From contig NMRA01000149.1 of the NCBI GenBank assembly GCA_002633005.1, positions 502,192-566,191 on the forward strand: a stretch of DNA of 64,000 nt. Reading direction: 5' to 3'. Shown piece after piece: positions 14,696-28,480 of the stretch. Below the pieces are notes generated by a model. It was not told the DNA's origin. It made no database searches and was given only the letters and a program-made list of their open reading frames with translations. Position 1 is the stretch's first letter; each line of letters begins with the position of its first letter. The translations under genes were made by a program, and so were the position numbers. This DNA comes from Phoronis australis. Lineage: Eukaryota; Animalia; Phoronida.

Positions 14696-15104
14696 CCCAT
14701 CCAGCTCGACTGAGTCGTGAGAAATCAATGGAGCTGCTGGTTCAAGAGAGAGTGAGGGTCACTGAGCAAACCGTCGACGAACGATCGGTGGCCTGCTCTC
14801 GGCTCAGCTCCGAGATGGACTGTCTGTTGACTCAACATATATTAACAGACTCGCCGTCTGTATAGAGAAAACAATTCAGCACTAATCCGTTTGTGGTACA
14901 ATTAAATGCAAACATGGATCTAAATTTGAAATCACTTTCGATGGCTCTGGGGCTAGCAGACGGCGAGTGTTTTGACGAGTTGGGTGAAATATGGTTGTTA
15001 TGAGCAAGTGTCGGTGACGCAATATTGAATCACGAGAGACGACAACGCCCGCTTACAGTGAGTGAGCACAATCACCTGACTCTCAGCGGTCGTCATAGCT
15101 GGGG
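14696..15104. mobile_element. Foldback-like DNA element relic
   Basis: CCAGCT...AGCTGG termini with an internal inverted pair CTCGCCGTCTG (14850) / CAGACGGCGAG (14957). Confidence 0.45.
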
Positions 15105-16484
15105 GTTAGTAGACGACTGGGACAGGTGTCGTCAGTGACCAACTATTGGTAACCTGGTCATTATACTGGGGGGGCAAATTAATGACAAGATAATTATTGA
15201 GTATGACAAGTCCTCTATGAACAAGTAACAAGAGGTGATTGACAAAGCGACTGGTAATATCGCCAAGCTTCATTACATATGAACTGTGCTCTTGTGAAAC
15301 AATTAACTAAAACTGTATTTTGCCCTGTTTAACTCAGTGTTAAAAGTGAAAATCAAATTAGGCCTTTCACTGCCTCGTTATGTTCTTTACTGTCATAGGG
15401 TTCCATTTCCTACTTTGATTTTCGTTTTTAGCCATCTAAACAGGGCGAAATATAGCTTTAACTCTTACCATAATCAGCATGTTCAGCACGATCTGGGGTC
15501 GTTTCGGTCCTTCCTCGATTGAGCCCCTCAAAGAACGGTAAGATTTCTCTCTTCTTCATGTCTTCAGGGTATGTTATCTTCAGCGAAACACGATTGAACG
15601 TCTTCGATGCAATTTGATTTACCTTTTTTACATCTTTTCTGTCCTTAACATACGCACGAACTAGCGATTTATGAATCCGGACTTTTTAATACAAACCGCC
15701 GTTTTAATGCACCTTTTTCTTCTGCGTGAACGCAACAGAAAGAGTGTGAAAAGCAGCGTCGCCTGGCGGCAAAGAAAAACAAAATACATTTTTGGGATGA
15801 AGAGAACAGACTCTATGCAGTATGATTTTAAGGATGATTTATTTTCAAACGTTTAAAACAAAACAATAAGGGATAACAATAAAAGGACTGAGCTAAGACG
15901 TGCTACTTCAAATTGAATTGCTAATAGACCAAATCAGTTCGTTTTCCACGTTATATTCGTGTTTTTGAAAGTGACTCAGTGAAAACATACTTTTGAAAAA
16001 AAACGCAATGAAGCGATCCATAGATTTATAAACTTGTTTCATCTACTTATAATGGCTAAAAACGTAAAAAAAATCATTGTTATTGCCATGGGTCTACACG
16101 AGTTGAGCTCTCAAGTTTCATTGGTATTTAATGGACAGTAAAAGAAATAATGACCGTTAGTATTAGTCGAGTATCCATCAGGACAGTGCAGAGCCGTGTT
16201 TCGAGTTACAAAGGAGCTCTTAAAAGTTATGAAAAAGTTCAGATCTAAGCTTGTTGAGTTGGATCTCTCTTGGACGTGAGGAGATGGCGTGTTCTGACTT
16301 CTTTTCTGAGACTTGTGACTGGTTGCGATATCTTTATCTTATTAGGTATAGTGTTCCACATGGTTATTGCTCCTATTACTGTACAGTTTCTTAAGGAAAC
16401 GGCATAATAGTATGGACAGCAACCAGTACTGTAGTTAAATTACGATTCTTAAATCAAGTATCGTTGCTGTTCATATGTACTTCT

Positions 16485-16588
16485 CATGCGCGCACCCAGG
16501 GGGGCTCGAATTTTTCACTATGTGGACCTTTTACTGAAGAAAAAAGCTGCGACTAAAAAAAAAACGACCCCCCCTGGATGCGCGCATG
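16485..16588. mobile_element. 104-bp MITE with 5-bp target-site duplication
   Basis: TIRs CATGCGCGCACCCAGGGGGG / CCCCCCCTGGATGCGCGCATG are flanked by CTTCT on both sides. A related left end (GCGCACCCAGGGGGGGCTCG) occurs at ~28224. Confidence 0.85.
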
Positions 16589-16781
16589 CTTCTGAATAAT
16601 TAATTAATTAGATGTGTTGTTTATGTTATGGATAACCTATGGAGAAATATGTACTGATATGTAACGTAGGTATTTTGGATAAGCTAGGTCAACTGAGTGT
16701 GTCGAGCACTTTCGTTTGGCCCCGCCATCGCCCCTGACACCGTGAGTACAACCTGGTGCATTACAAGCGTCCTAATAATAT

Positions 16782-16843
16782 GAGGGACCCAGCACCAGCA
16801 CTAACATCACAGGAGGGACCCAGCATCAGCACTAACATCACAG
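16782..16843. repeat. 31-bp tandem duplication
   Basis: GAGGGACCCAGCA(C/T)CAGCACTAACATCACAG x2. Confidence 0.9.
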
Positions 16844-19800
16844 AAGACAGAATGGTGAAGAATGGAGGAGTTGTAGATTGTTTCTAGATGACAACTATAC
16901 ACCATCCTGGAAAATTGAGGGGAAACAGCATTTTTTGTAATGATGTGAATAATTCAAAACATTGAGGATCGAGAGTAAGCCTGTTGTCAAGTAGAACGCT
17001 TATATTGAGCTGTGACTGGTGTGCCGGTCGGCCCACCCTTTAATCGTGTATAATTAGGAACGCTAAAAATACAAAGTGTTCCACATAAAAACGTAACCAA
17101 AGCAACGGGTTTTAAAGAAGACGCTATACTGGGATTTTAACTTGGTAACAACTGAATGGGAGCCGCTAATCACCCGTATGCTGCCATACGTGAAAGTAAT
17201 GGTCATTAAAACAAAATGTGACGTCAGAAAATGTTGGGCGAGACAGTAAGAATACAAACGATTCAAAGTAACATGTTGCAAGTAACTAAATATTGGTTGA
17301 TTTTTTCGCAGACTCTTTCGGTTTTGTTTTTATGAGACGTTTTGAAAATGTAAGAAGGGTTTTAAATAGGTAACTCGGTAAAATGTCAAATATCAGAGAA
17401 AAGACATTTTGTCAAAACCAAGCCGCAGTTCCCGGCTGTCAAGGATCACAAACGAAGTTAAGTTGTTTCCTAGTGGATCAAACAGTTTTTGCCGATTGCT
17501 ATTTTTCAACTCACGCGAACAAATCTGCCGCGCTAAATTGTGACAGGCATAATCGGCGTAGGGGCCAGACTCAAGGCAACGTGTTAGTAGGCGCCACGTT
17601 TAAAAATCTCAGTGCCCAAACGTCTAGTTCCTGGCGGCGACGGAAAAAGGTTCTACGGACGAGAAACAACGGGGTGCGAACAAAGTCCTTCGAGAACGGT
17701 TTCGACATGAAAAAAACGTACGTAGATTAGATTTGAGATTGTTTTCAGAACTCGAGTTCTTCACAGCACTTCCGTAAACGCGAAAGCGCACGTGCTTACA
17801 AAAAAATTTAGGCATTTGAAAAATATTTTGAATCTGTTGTCATCTGTGCATGTTAATAACGGCAAATTGGGTAGTGGGGGGCAGGTACATCCCACATTTG
17901 AGCAAGCATTATCGGAAATTTATGGGCAGAACAATAAAACAATCGGGAAGCGCAGCATCCAATGAAAAAACTCGGGAAAGTCATTACAGAAACCGTGTTT
18001 ATTAACAGCCAAGAATAGTTAGAAATCGCTTGTCAACTATCGCCGCGGAGTAGACAGAATTTTCAATTTTCGAATAATAAGTATCAGGAAAACCTTTTCA
18101 CGCAACGTACGTAGATGCGGCCCACTCAAACAACGAAGAAATTGTGGCCGGGGACTGGATGCAACAGGGCTTGGGTCAATGACAAAAAAGAGGAAAATTT
18201 TCCAAGTGATGTATCGCTCCACAAATAAATAGCCTTGTGTGATAGAAATATTTTGTGTTGTAAATTTTAACTGAAATAAACATTTTTGCACGAATAAAGT
18301 CATAATAATGATAAAAAGAGAGGAAAAAAGAGGGAACTGGAAATCAAATAAGAGGAAATCGAAACCAAGAAAGAGGAAATCCTCTTAGAAGAGAAAAATT
18401 CCAACCTTTGATGCAATAGCACGTATCGGAAAGATTTAAATTTGGTAAACACGAAGTCCAATTTTTGTGAAGTGACACATATACAATATTACCTGAGAAT
18501 GTCATAATGACAAAATTATTGATGTCTTCGCCCGACGGCTTAACATTTTCATGATACGTTTGTCGTTTGACGGGACGGCATTATTCATGGACCGCGGAGA
18601 TATTGTGGGACGTACGCAGCATGTGAATCACACTGTTTGGTCTAAGATTTTGGAACCTAAAACCGTATCTGGCTACCAGTGGAATTAAAGCATTTAACTT
18701 CTGGGGAGTGCCCTTCCAAAACCCCACTGGGATATTCCGGCCCTCAATCCCCATGCCTTTAAGAATCGCCTATTGGATTTTATAGAAAATCTTGCAACTC
18801 AACTTGCAGAAAACTTCAAAGGAGAGTACATAGCCTTTATATTGGGTTACTCAGTGTATGAGCTGGCATAACTGCAACATGTCAAGAAGCCGCTGCTTTC
18901 TGATTTACATGTTCATGCCTCTACGAATACCGCCTAAAATTTCAGATTCGTCAAGGATTTTTGCCAACATAATTTTGTAAAAAATGTTGTCTCGTTGAAT
19001 TTTGGTGCAGATTAAAATTCGACAAAATCTATATCACCCCATCCCCAAATAGCAAATCAACAGATAACACTTTGAAAAAAATGTTCATTACATTTTGTCG
19101 TAGGTTGATGAACCTCTGGCAAATCCATATCAGCAGAGTCCAGATATATACGTAAGTACGCTAATGGACACACAAATGGCGCATTACCTAATTAAAGACT
19201 AACTTCAACGGAATTTTGTTACTTTAGATGTGTTAGGCTAACCCGATAGTCCTAGCGAAGCCTTGGTAAAATAAGAAAGCGTGAGTTCAATCACGCAAGT
19301 GTAAGCCGTCAAGTGATAAGTGAAGCTGCCTTTTCGTGCCCTGTTGCGTCCGCGAGATCCCAGCACAAACAACAAAAGGTTGTATTGAAATAGAACACCA
19401 TTGCGTGCGAGTGTTATTCGCAGCTGCTTGAATTAAAAGTTGATTCTAGTGGTGACGTAGACAAAAGCGATCCAATATGCCTAATAGTTCGTTACATTTG
19501 GCAATTTGTGGCACTAGTGGGCTTAGAGCGATGCTCTTAACATACTGTTGGAACCAAATTTACATGCGATACCGTTGAAGATAGGCTTTAAAACCAAACT
19601 AGGGGGTTGATGGTGAATGGCCATAGAACTAAGCGTGTCACTAACATAGGAACTAACGCGATGTCACATTTAGAGCTGTAGGTACCAGTCCTAGTGTTCT
19701 ATGGAGTTCTCTGGTCTATAGAAATGCTCAGCATGAGTAGCGAAACAAAGGTTTGTCGGTGGTGCGTCATTTTTATAGTTGCTCACTTTCTCAAAAAAAA

Positions 19801-22800
19801 CAATCTGTAACTAGCAAAAATGATTTGTTTTTTGTGCTTTATACCCATCGCTTGGCAGATTATGGAGTTGGAGTTTCAAATGTCTTTTACCTGTTTTTGT
19901 ACAGCTTTTCATAAAAAACACAAAAACCTTGGCCGAAATTTACGGTGACCTACTATACATGACATTTTTAAAAAATTTTTGGTTCTTTACACGTCAAGGG
20001 TAAAAAGTCATTTCCGCTCGGGTGAAAAGGGACTTGTCACCCGAGTGGAAAGTACCAAAACTTTTTACCAACAAAACAGTCAGTGTTGAATTCTCAAGCC
20101 ACAGCCATGGAGTAAGGTGCAGGAATGATCATCTTCATAGTCTACAATTCTGTTGTAGAGTTTGAAAATCAAAATAATCCAAAAACTGATACGCTTCGAA
20201 AACCTGATTGCTAACCCGCATTTCTTTGGGGGTGAAATACATCTGTCATAAGATGAAGCAAGATTTCATAATAGTTCGATAGGAGCATTGAGAAGCAATG
20301 AACCTTAACAGTACTTGAATTTATCATGTTAACTTTTTCACAGACTGGTCAATGCAACAACACCTGCGCGCCTTGTACTCCAAACAATACGACAAGGTTT
20401 AGCACGACCATACGCACAGGTGATACACTCAGTTCGTTGTTGTCGCCACCTCATTTGTAGCAAAGCACCGTCAATCAGAGTCAAGGGGTGGAAACGCCAT
20501 GGCCCCACCACTAAATCTCAGCTAGCGGCTGTTACATCAAATTACAAATGGATGTTGTTCCGATAACCCTTTCAATTCGCTAAGGGGCTCATTAGAAAAA
20601 GGTACGGTAGAACATTGCTACTTATGTAGCGATGATAACAATGGTAGAAATAATGATAATGATAAAATAATGATACAGATAATGATAATGATAATAATAG
20701 TCACAGCCATACAGTCATAAAAACTAGCTCACGCATTTCATGCATGCAGCCAAAAGAATATACGGGTTCTTCGAAACTTTAGGTGTTGAGTTTAACAATC
20801 AAGACAGACATGATGATCTCGGTAACTGTTACTTGGCGTCTCTGAACTTTACAGGAAGTTTTTGATAGAACGAAGAGTTTATGAATAACGTTGTAGCAGT
20901 TGGAGTCTATTCCACAATATTCTCGTAGTTTTGAAATTTTAAAAGGTATGAGCTTGAAAATTTGTCCTGTTTTAAGGCATAGGTAAGAATCATTCTAATC
21001 AACCATACCATCAATATTACGGGGAATGGCTTCAATCAAAATAAAAGTCCGTTCATTTACAGAAAAGTTTAAAATTTGTCACTCAGCTGACTTCCTCTCA
21101 GTCAAGTTATTATAGCAAGGAAAATCCACTGTATTTTGCCTTTGTTTGTGTCAGTGTGTATTGCGCTCTATAGGTCCCGCCGGGGGAATGACAATTGACT
21201 AATTGCCTTTCTTTATAACTCCCAACGTGCACTCAATTAATTTCCTAATTGTGTTTGAAACAAACCAGAAAATTACAGCACATTCAAGGAATTCAATTTT
21301 CAAAAACGGGGACTACCAACTACAGCGTTACACTGTTTATGTGTACTATCAAATATTTAAAATATAAAGTCCAGAATATCTAATATGTTTTATTTTACTG
21401 ACTAAACCAAAACACTATTTCTTTCCAAAATTTGTTTGTTCTTATACTTGAAACTTTATTGACCTTTTAATACGAACGAGCGTAGGATTAGTAACCTATA
21501 ATATATAGTAGCTTGTGCCTTGATCCAAAATTAAATTTCAATTAACAAAGAAAAGCATTTTTCATGTTCCCATTGGTTATTATCTTATGTTTGTCCTTAA
21601 TAATCCAATCCAACCTCGTGAACACAAAGTTTCTTTGTTGTATTCGTCAAACTAATAGCGTTTGGACATTTTTTTAATGACAAATCCACTCAGATGTGTC
21701 TTCGAAATGAAAACCACTAAGCTTCTTGATCGTGACTCCTAGGTGTCTTAATGGAAAATGTACTTTTGGCATTTCAAAAAAAAAAAATAAGCTCCTGTTC
21801 GGAAATAGGATGCATATTATCGGAAAACCGTGTTTGGAGTTGTGAAATGTGAATGATTCAAATGTACTTTTATTGAAAATAACCAACATACTTTAAGTGT
21901 AAGTGAATCCATGTCCTCTTTTCTTAAAGCCTTGCATTTACATTACGTTATCCATTAATTTGGAATAAAATTCAAGCCATTCATAACTGTACACAACTAA
22001 TGTGTAAAAGTCAACCCACGTGCTCTGTCACGTGCTCTGTTCTTTTTGAGATTTGCGACAAATTTCCACAGAGAGGGGGAAGATCTACATAAATGGGCAA
22101 TGTTTTTAAGGATTCTATTAGCCTCACCAGCTTATGCACCTTGTTACCGTTAAGCATTGACTTCTGTTGTAAGTCCATGAGCTAAGTAACATTTAAAACG
22201 ACTAGTTTTTCCGTGTACAGGACGGACAAGAAAGGAATTCTCTTATCACGTGATAAGGCCACCTACACTGAAACACGTGATGTGCTCGGTAACGACAACG
22301 TAATTAAATGACACCATTTAACAGAATGTCAATCTAGTCACCTCAGACTAAATTGATTTAAAGTTTCAGTTTAGTTGTGGACAAAAGAAAACGAAAAGAC
22401 GGTTATCTAATCTGATGTTAAGCTCCATAAAACTTTAGTCAAAACCTTCATTAAATTCCCCTTTCTTATTACGGATACTCTGTGTTGGTAAACCGCAGTC
22501 GGTTGAATTTGGGTTTTTATAACTGGAGCTTTCTTCTCAGTCTTTTCAGTGTTGTAACTAGCTATTCATCGTTCACACAGCACACGTAGGCCCAAAAGAC
22601 TTCAGTGACGCATTTGATTCTGTCAGTCAATGTTCAAGTGTGCCTGGCACGCGAGTTACTACATGTTTATGTGCTTCCGGTACAGTTTGTACCTTTAGTC
22701 ATGAAGAGCAAAATGTCCTACGAGTATACACGCTGGTTTGGTAAATTTTGTTAACTTCCCAGATATACATTACATAGCAGACTTAAAGCTGTGACAGGGA

Positions 22801-23402
22801 TGGCAAAACGCGTCACACACATTTTAGTCGATGTGAATTCGTGCCGACCAGTAATCATTAAATGACCATCAGTTTGATTCTCATTTATAGGATCATTCAT
22901 GGAAAATCTCTTATGGTCATTCACTATTGCTCAGTGACAAGAAATCATATAAATTATCAAAATTGGTGATAAACCTTTGAAGAAAAATTGCATCAATCGT
23001 TAACATGAATGCATATCAACCATTTTCTATGAATTCATATCAAATAGTTTGATGTTATGTAAATTACTGAAAAGAATTCTTATAAAAATCATTTATCATA
23101 AATTGTGATCAATCAAAATTTCCTGTTTACGTACTCCTGCAGGTTCGTCTTGATTTCTGGCGTAACTTTTACGGGTGAAAAGAGGGTTGTCGCCACTTAG
23201 CCAGCAACCGTTAGTACGATCAAATAATCTATATCTCGTTAGGTTACTAACATTCGAAAATGCTAATGCGTATTCAGGACTTACTAATTATTGTTACACC
23301 GGTGCGCATTTCAGCGAACTAAAAGCAGAAAATGGTTTGTCCTTAACAAATACATAAACGGAGGCGGAAGGCGTGACTTACTGCAAAAACAGCTTATAGA
23401 AG

Positions 23403-23600
23403 TTAAAGCTGCCCTTCACCCTGTTTAGTTGGCCTAAAAACGAGAATCGAGTTAGGCCTTTTACTCTCATAAAATCGCTTTCGTAACGCTCCTTGTCGTG
23501 ATAAGATATCTATTTCCGTTACCAATAGAGCATGGAAAGCAACACCAATTCACGAAAATGCTTCACTTTATTGGGGTTTTCCAATCCTAAAATTGTCGCC
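23403..23600. mobile_element. Same family, copy 2 (truncated)
   Basis: It aligns by eye to 8521-8715. Its left end TTAAAGCTGCCCTTCACCCTGTTTAG matches the reverse complement of 8828-8855. Confidence 0.7.
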
Positions 23601-23883
23601 TACAATTGGACTAGTTCTCTTAAATGAATTGATGCGAATAAAATCGAGGAATACCCTCTATTACATATTTCTGTTTCTTTATTAAGTGTTTAACGTTACT
23701 GAAAGAGGATGGGAGCCAGAAATTCTGGTTCTTTCTATTAAATATTATTCTTAAAAACATTGGGTAGCATGTTTAAAGTCATTAATTATCAGTAAGTTTT
23801 CATGAAGATTAATGAGGTGTTATTATTTCGAAGTTTGTGTTTTTAAAAATTTCAAATGCTGAGGTGCTGCGCAGTACACCGGA

Positions 23884-24155
23884 GGTCTAGTTCATGAAAG
23901 TGACTTAAGACTTAAAAACAGAAATATGGTCTTACACTTCCACTTCACAACTGGTGACTTAAGGTTTAGTCAAGTAATAGTGAGCACGTCACAATCTAGA
24001 AATAATTTATAGAAATTATTAACTAACAGTTATGTGTATATTCTCAGAGACTGCATTTTTACTCAAGTGAGATTTAATTATTTTCAAAAATAGTTGTGTG
24101 GAGCGTAAGGCCAAATTTCAGTCTTAAATCTTAAGTCACTTTTCATGGAACAGCC
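23884..24155. mobile_element. MITE with ~30-bp TIRs
   Basis: GTTCATGAAAGTGACTTAAGACTTAA (23890) is inverted against TTAAATCTTAAGTCACTTTTCATGGAAC (24124-24151). Confidence 0.75.
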
Positions 24156-24399
24156 AGAGACTACAGGCGTGTGTTCCGTAGACACGAAAACGCAAGACTG
24201 CCAGATTTCGCCAGAGACTTCACCAGACATCGCCATGTATATAAGCGTAGCACGTGATCACACTAGCTTCCTTCGGCACGACGTACTCAAGTTGCGTCTG
24301 AGGAACTCAAACACAGTTTTGATCTTAGATAGAGTGTCAAAAGATTTCGGTTTTGTAGTGTTTGGCATTGTTTGTAAATTTGGAGATTTTTAAGGAGTA

Positions 24400-25120
24400 C
24401 CCTATATTAGGACGGGAGGGTGCAGCTGGAAAATTAGGATAACCACACAGTAGAGAGTGGATCCGACAACAGACTCGTAGCCACTCGTAAAGGTTCAATG
24501 AAAAAGTTCCAGAAGCATCAGCCTTTTCACAGCTTTGACCTTTTGAACTCAGGGATTTTTCGACGGTTGACTTTTTGAAAACATCATTAAGCCTGAGGCA
24601 GAGCAAGAAGAGCGGTTTCATTTTGTCAAAATTGAGTTTTAAAAAGTGGATAATCGTCGAAACGCTTCTGTAGATATTTTGTAGGATGGAAAAGGAATCT
24701 TTTGTAGGATATGGAACTCCCGAAGTAAACACCTTTATAGGAGAATTTAATCGTGAAATAGATCTTTTCGTCGGGAGTTTTGTCACAAAAGTATGACTTC
24801 CTACAGAAGCTGGTCGTGAAAAAGTCACTTACTCATGAGCCACACGACCTGTACCTCAGTGTGTGAATTCTTCCCCTAGAACATGCAGACTTGAGGGAAC
24901 TACTACACTCTGTAGCTGAGAGGCCCCATCTAGCCTGATTAAAAACGGAATTAACATGGCCAGAGCACATTACTGCCTCCATTCCACCGCTAGAAAATGG
25001 CCAAACTGTAATTTGGTCGCCGGAGTTTGTTAACAAAAGTTTGCTAGAGTTTAGATGGAACTTTTTTAAATTCCAATTAAGCTGGTCTGAAAATTCGAGT
25101 GCATTGATGTCAGTGATCTA
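24400..25120 (+). pseudogene. Possible decayed coding sequence (TE or viral relic?)
   Basis: A protein-like frame KYDFLQKLVVKKSLTHEPHDLYLSV*ILPLEHADLRELLHSVAERPHLA*LKTELTWPEHI... is broken only by TGA. TATATAAG lies upstream at 24238. Confidence 0.25.
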
Positions 25121-26586
25121 ATATACACGTTCATTTATACTTTTGAACACATTTGCCATGATACACTTCATCGTGTGCAATGTTTACAGTGCTACAGAAA
25201 CTACCTAGGTGTCAAAGCATCACTCTCATCAAAGCGACATCTCTTGTTCATGTAACTAATCGTATGACGGTCTTGACAAATCGTCGCGCGAACAATAGAC
25301 GCGCTGTTGCAGATAAATTCTTTAAAACCATACTACGTCAATTCATCAATCATAACGTTAGAATCCACCATCATTTTCCCATGAGCTATATTTTAGTCTA
25401 TCGTCAGCGCTTATGGCCTACTTCATTGAAACGCGTGTAGCATGAATAAGGAAAATAAATTGTCTGTCACGTTTACACATGAAAATATTTGATTTGTGAC
25501 AGTAGCCAGATGACACGGAGTGCCTTTCACCAGTTACGTGAAGGAGTTAGGACGCTTGTGTCGGAATGAGTCAATTTTATCAATGACTTCGTGACAGTTT
25601 CATCTCCATACTGTAACTGCTATTGAACCGCCAGTTTGTTTATAACAACGATATCTCGAGTAGGGGAGGGGGATGTGGGTATAACCAGGCTTCAACATCT
25701 GGGATTGTGTTAATACTTCAGTAGCCAAAATAAAAAATGAGACCCATGTTTATGCCAAGAAGGGACGGAAAGTAAGCCTTTCAAGCCCCTTTCTTTCAAC
25801 AAAAACAACTATTTAAAATCTTAAACTCATGCCACTGTATCTGTGAACCATTCTGATTAGCATTTCAAGAACGGACAGTTTAACTGGTGATTTCAGTTAC
25901 AACTTTTGACTCAATATTAAATTTCTCATGAAGAATTGGCAAAACCGAAACATCCTATGACGGAAATCTGGTCATAGACTAACTCAGAACTGCGATGCCA
26001 CACTTTCCGTCCCTATTGAAAGGACTAGATTTAAAAACTAGCCCACATTTATATCTCATTTCGAAAAAATGTTTTCAAGTCATACCGTATCCTCCTGTAC
26101 GGAGACTTTCTAAAATCACTCCAGTATTCATACTGTGCAAAGTCAAACCGAAACTCATCGCATTTTGTGCCCACTTCAGTGAACTGACGCCCCAGTTTTA
26201 TATTGAAAAATTTCTCCCCATCTTAGCGGCACGTCCCCACTAACCCCATTACAAATGATCTGCTCTCCCACCTGTGGAAGATTTAGCAAGTTCGTTAAAA
26301 AAACAACAATATTCTTATGAACAACGGTGGGGCACTAAGGTTAGTATTCAATTGTTCGAAGCATAGCACGGTCATAACTTTTTCAGCTGAAGAAATTCAG
26401 CAAATTATTGTTATTCGGGGATAACAGTGGGAAACATTGAGTTCTGGAATTAAAAGAATGACAAATTTATGAATTTCGACGAATCGACGAATTGAGGATG
26501 AAGTCCCATTTGGCCACTGGAGGACTGCTTAAACGCCTATAATGTAAAATGAACTTACAATGACTTTTTCATAATCACATAGTGCG

Positions 26587-27185
26587 TTAAGGGACATTCT
26601 CGCAGCTAATGCGTTAACCTCCGCAAGTACGTCTGCGGCTCATGGTACCGGCCCGGGCGTTGAATGTCCCAAGGTCGGTACAAAACTCCGTCTGGCAAAA
26701 CTGGGGCTCAGCGTCGGGTTTGCAGTTCACTTGTCTAATTGTCGTTCATTTAAGGGAAATCTGTGACAGCTGCTTATCTTTAAAAAAGTGTCCAAAGTCA
26801 ACTTCAGTCACTTTCCAGTCTTGCGTTTGCTTCACTTTTTCCCGTCGGGTTCCTATAAAATGCATGAGGTTCCGTGGGATGTCTTAAGAGACGGCGTTCT
26901 CGGAGATAAAACTTATTTTACGGAAATAAGCAGTTACGAGGAATCGGACCTTCTAATTGCGCAATACCAGAAGAGTCAAGCGTGAATGGTAGAAACCGGC
27001 CATAGTTTCTGAATCAGTGAATGTCTGACAGACAACGCCGAGAATTGGCGAGTTGCAATAAAAGCCTAAAAGCACAACGGATTTAATAGTTAATGTCAAA
27101 GCTAATAACTTCAAGAAGTCTATCTCATTCAACTATAGTCCCAAAATCGCAATTTTTCGCCGCAAAAACGGTAGTGTCCCTTTAA
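26587..27185. mobile_element. TTAA-bounded non-autonomous element (Kolobok-like)
   Basis: Short TIRs TTAAGGGACATT ... AGTGTCCCTTTAA. Confidence 0.5.
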
Positions 27186-28221
27186 CCACCATTATTTCAG
27201 TGCTGCGCCGCTCATGTTAACTGGCGAGTTAGCCGCCTGGACGAATCAACTGCGGAAGTGGATTTCCTGTTTCAGTGTTGTACAATATCGGTTGTTAAGT
27301 CAACCACTTACGGTCATTGCCTTTACCTTCTGGTGCATGAATTTTGTAGCTTGTGTGGGCAAAAGCATGGAGTTTCCCAAACTCTAGCGCCTACTGGTAT
27401 ATATAACTCCATCTTGGTTGGTGAAAAGAAAAATTTGTCAGATTTTCGTGAATGTGTTCTACAAAACGAACAGCGATTTACAACTGTGAGGAACTTTAAA
27501 ATCACTCGGCAAGAAGTACAGTGGGGCGACTCACTTTACTCAGACATGTAAAATATGGAGATTCAGCATCGGACCAAAAAGGATGTATTAACTGAAGGGA
27601 TTGGGAAAAGCGCGCTCGAGAGTAGAGCGTGTTTTGCGGAATTAGTGCACGTCACAATAAAAGAGCACAAAAACGAGCTAAAATTTGAACACTGAAAAGC
27701 CCTTCTACTATGAAAACTTTCCCTTAAAATAGAACGCTTTGACAGTGTCTTAATTAAAACAATCCCGTTGTATTGCTTTATTTTTCCTATCTATCCCTTG
27801 AGTAATGATTTATATGTCGACATTGGAATCTTTGTAATTAAATAAAACGCTTTAGTTACCCATTCATCACAGACGTGGATATATCGTAGCCAAAAGTATT
27901 AATTAAAACCTTTGTGGAATATTAAATTATATCAAAATGCACTCAGCTTTCATCTTGACAAACAGGAATTAGTCCAATTGATACAAAGTGGAATCCAAGA
28001 GTATCTACTCGTCTTCGCCAACAGATGGAAAGATGAACATTGGTTGAAAGGTGATGTGCCAAGAGGCCTCTGGAAATAACTTCTCTTCACAGTTAGAAGT
28101 TTTTGTAGTATGAAAAAAAATCTTGCACTGAATGTACAAAAATGGCCAATTTCGACCGAATAAACTTTGTGCAATCCAGAGTACTCTTTGTGGTGACGCA
28201 CGAGTATCACGGGGAATGTCA

Positions 28222-28480
28222 AAGGCGCACCCAGGGGGGGCTCGGGGGGCTCGAACGAGCCCCCCCCCATTTGGCGAAGTGGGCAAAAAGGTCCGCCCCT
28301 GAGAGATAAAAAGTCCGTAAAAATGGGATAAAAGTCCACTAAATAATCGAAAACGCGCACTTCACATTGTTCTCCCGTTTTCTTTTTTGTTTTTTTTTAG
28401 TCCGCCCGCTCTTTTGTTAGCAAAAAGGTCCGCAACGTCAGGAATTCCAGCCAACCATATTGAAGGCTGGGTACTCGCAT
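28222..28480. mobile_element. MITE relic related to the 16485 element
   Basis: It shares GCGCACCCAGGGGGGGCTCG and has internal AAAA(G)GTCC(G/A)C repeats. The right boundary is uncertain. Confidence 0.55.

Noticed and set aside
13700-23150. Divergent lncRNA from the POU3 promoter (analogous to Pnky/Pantr1)
   Set aside because: Only scattered + strand splice-like sites are present (14497, 15538, 23142), with no coherent exon chain.
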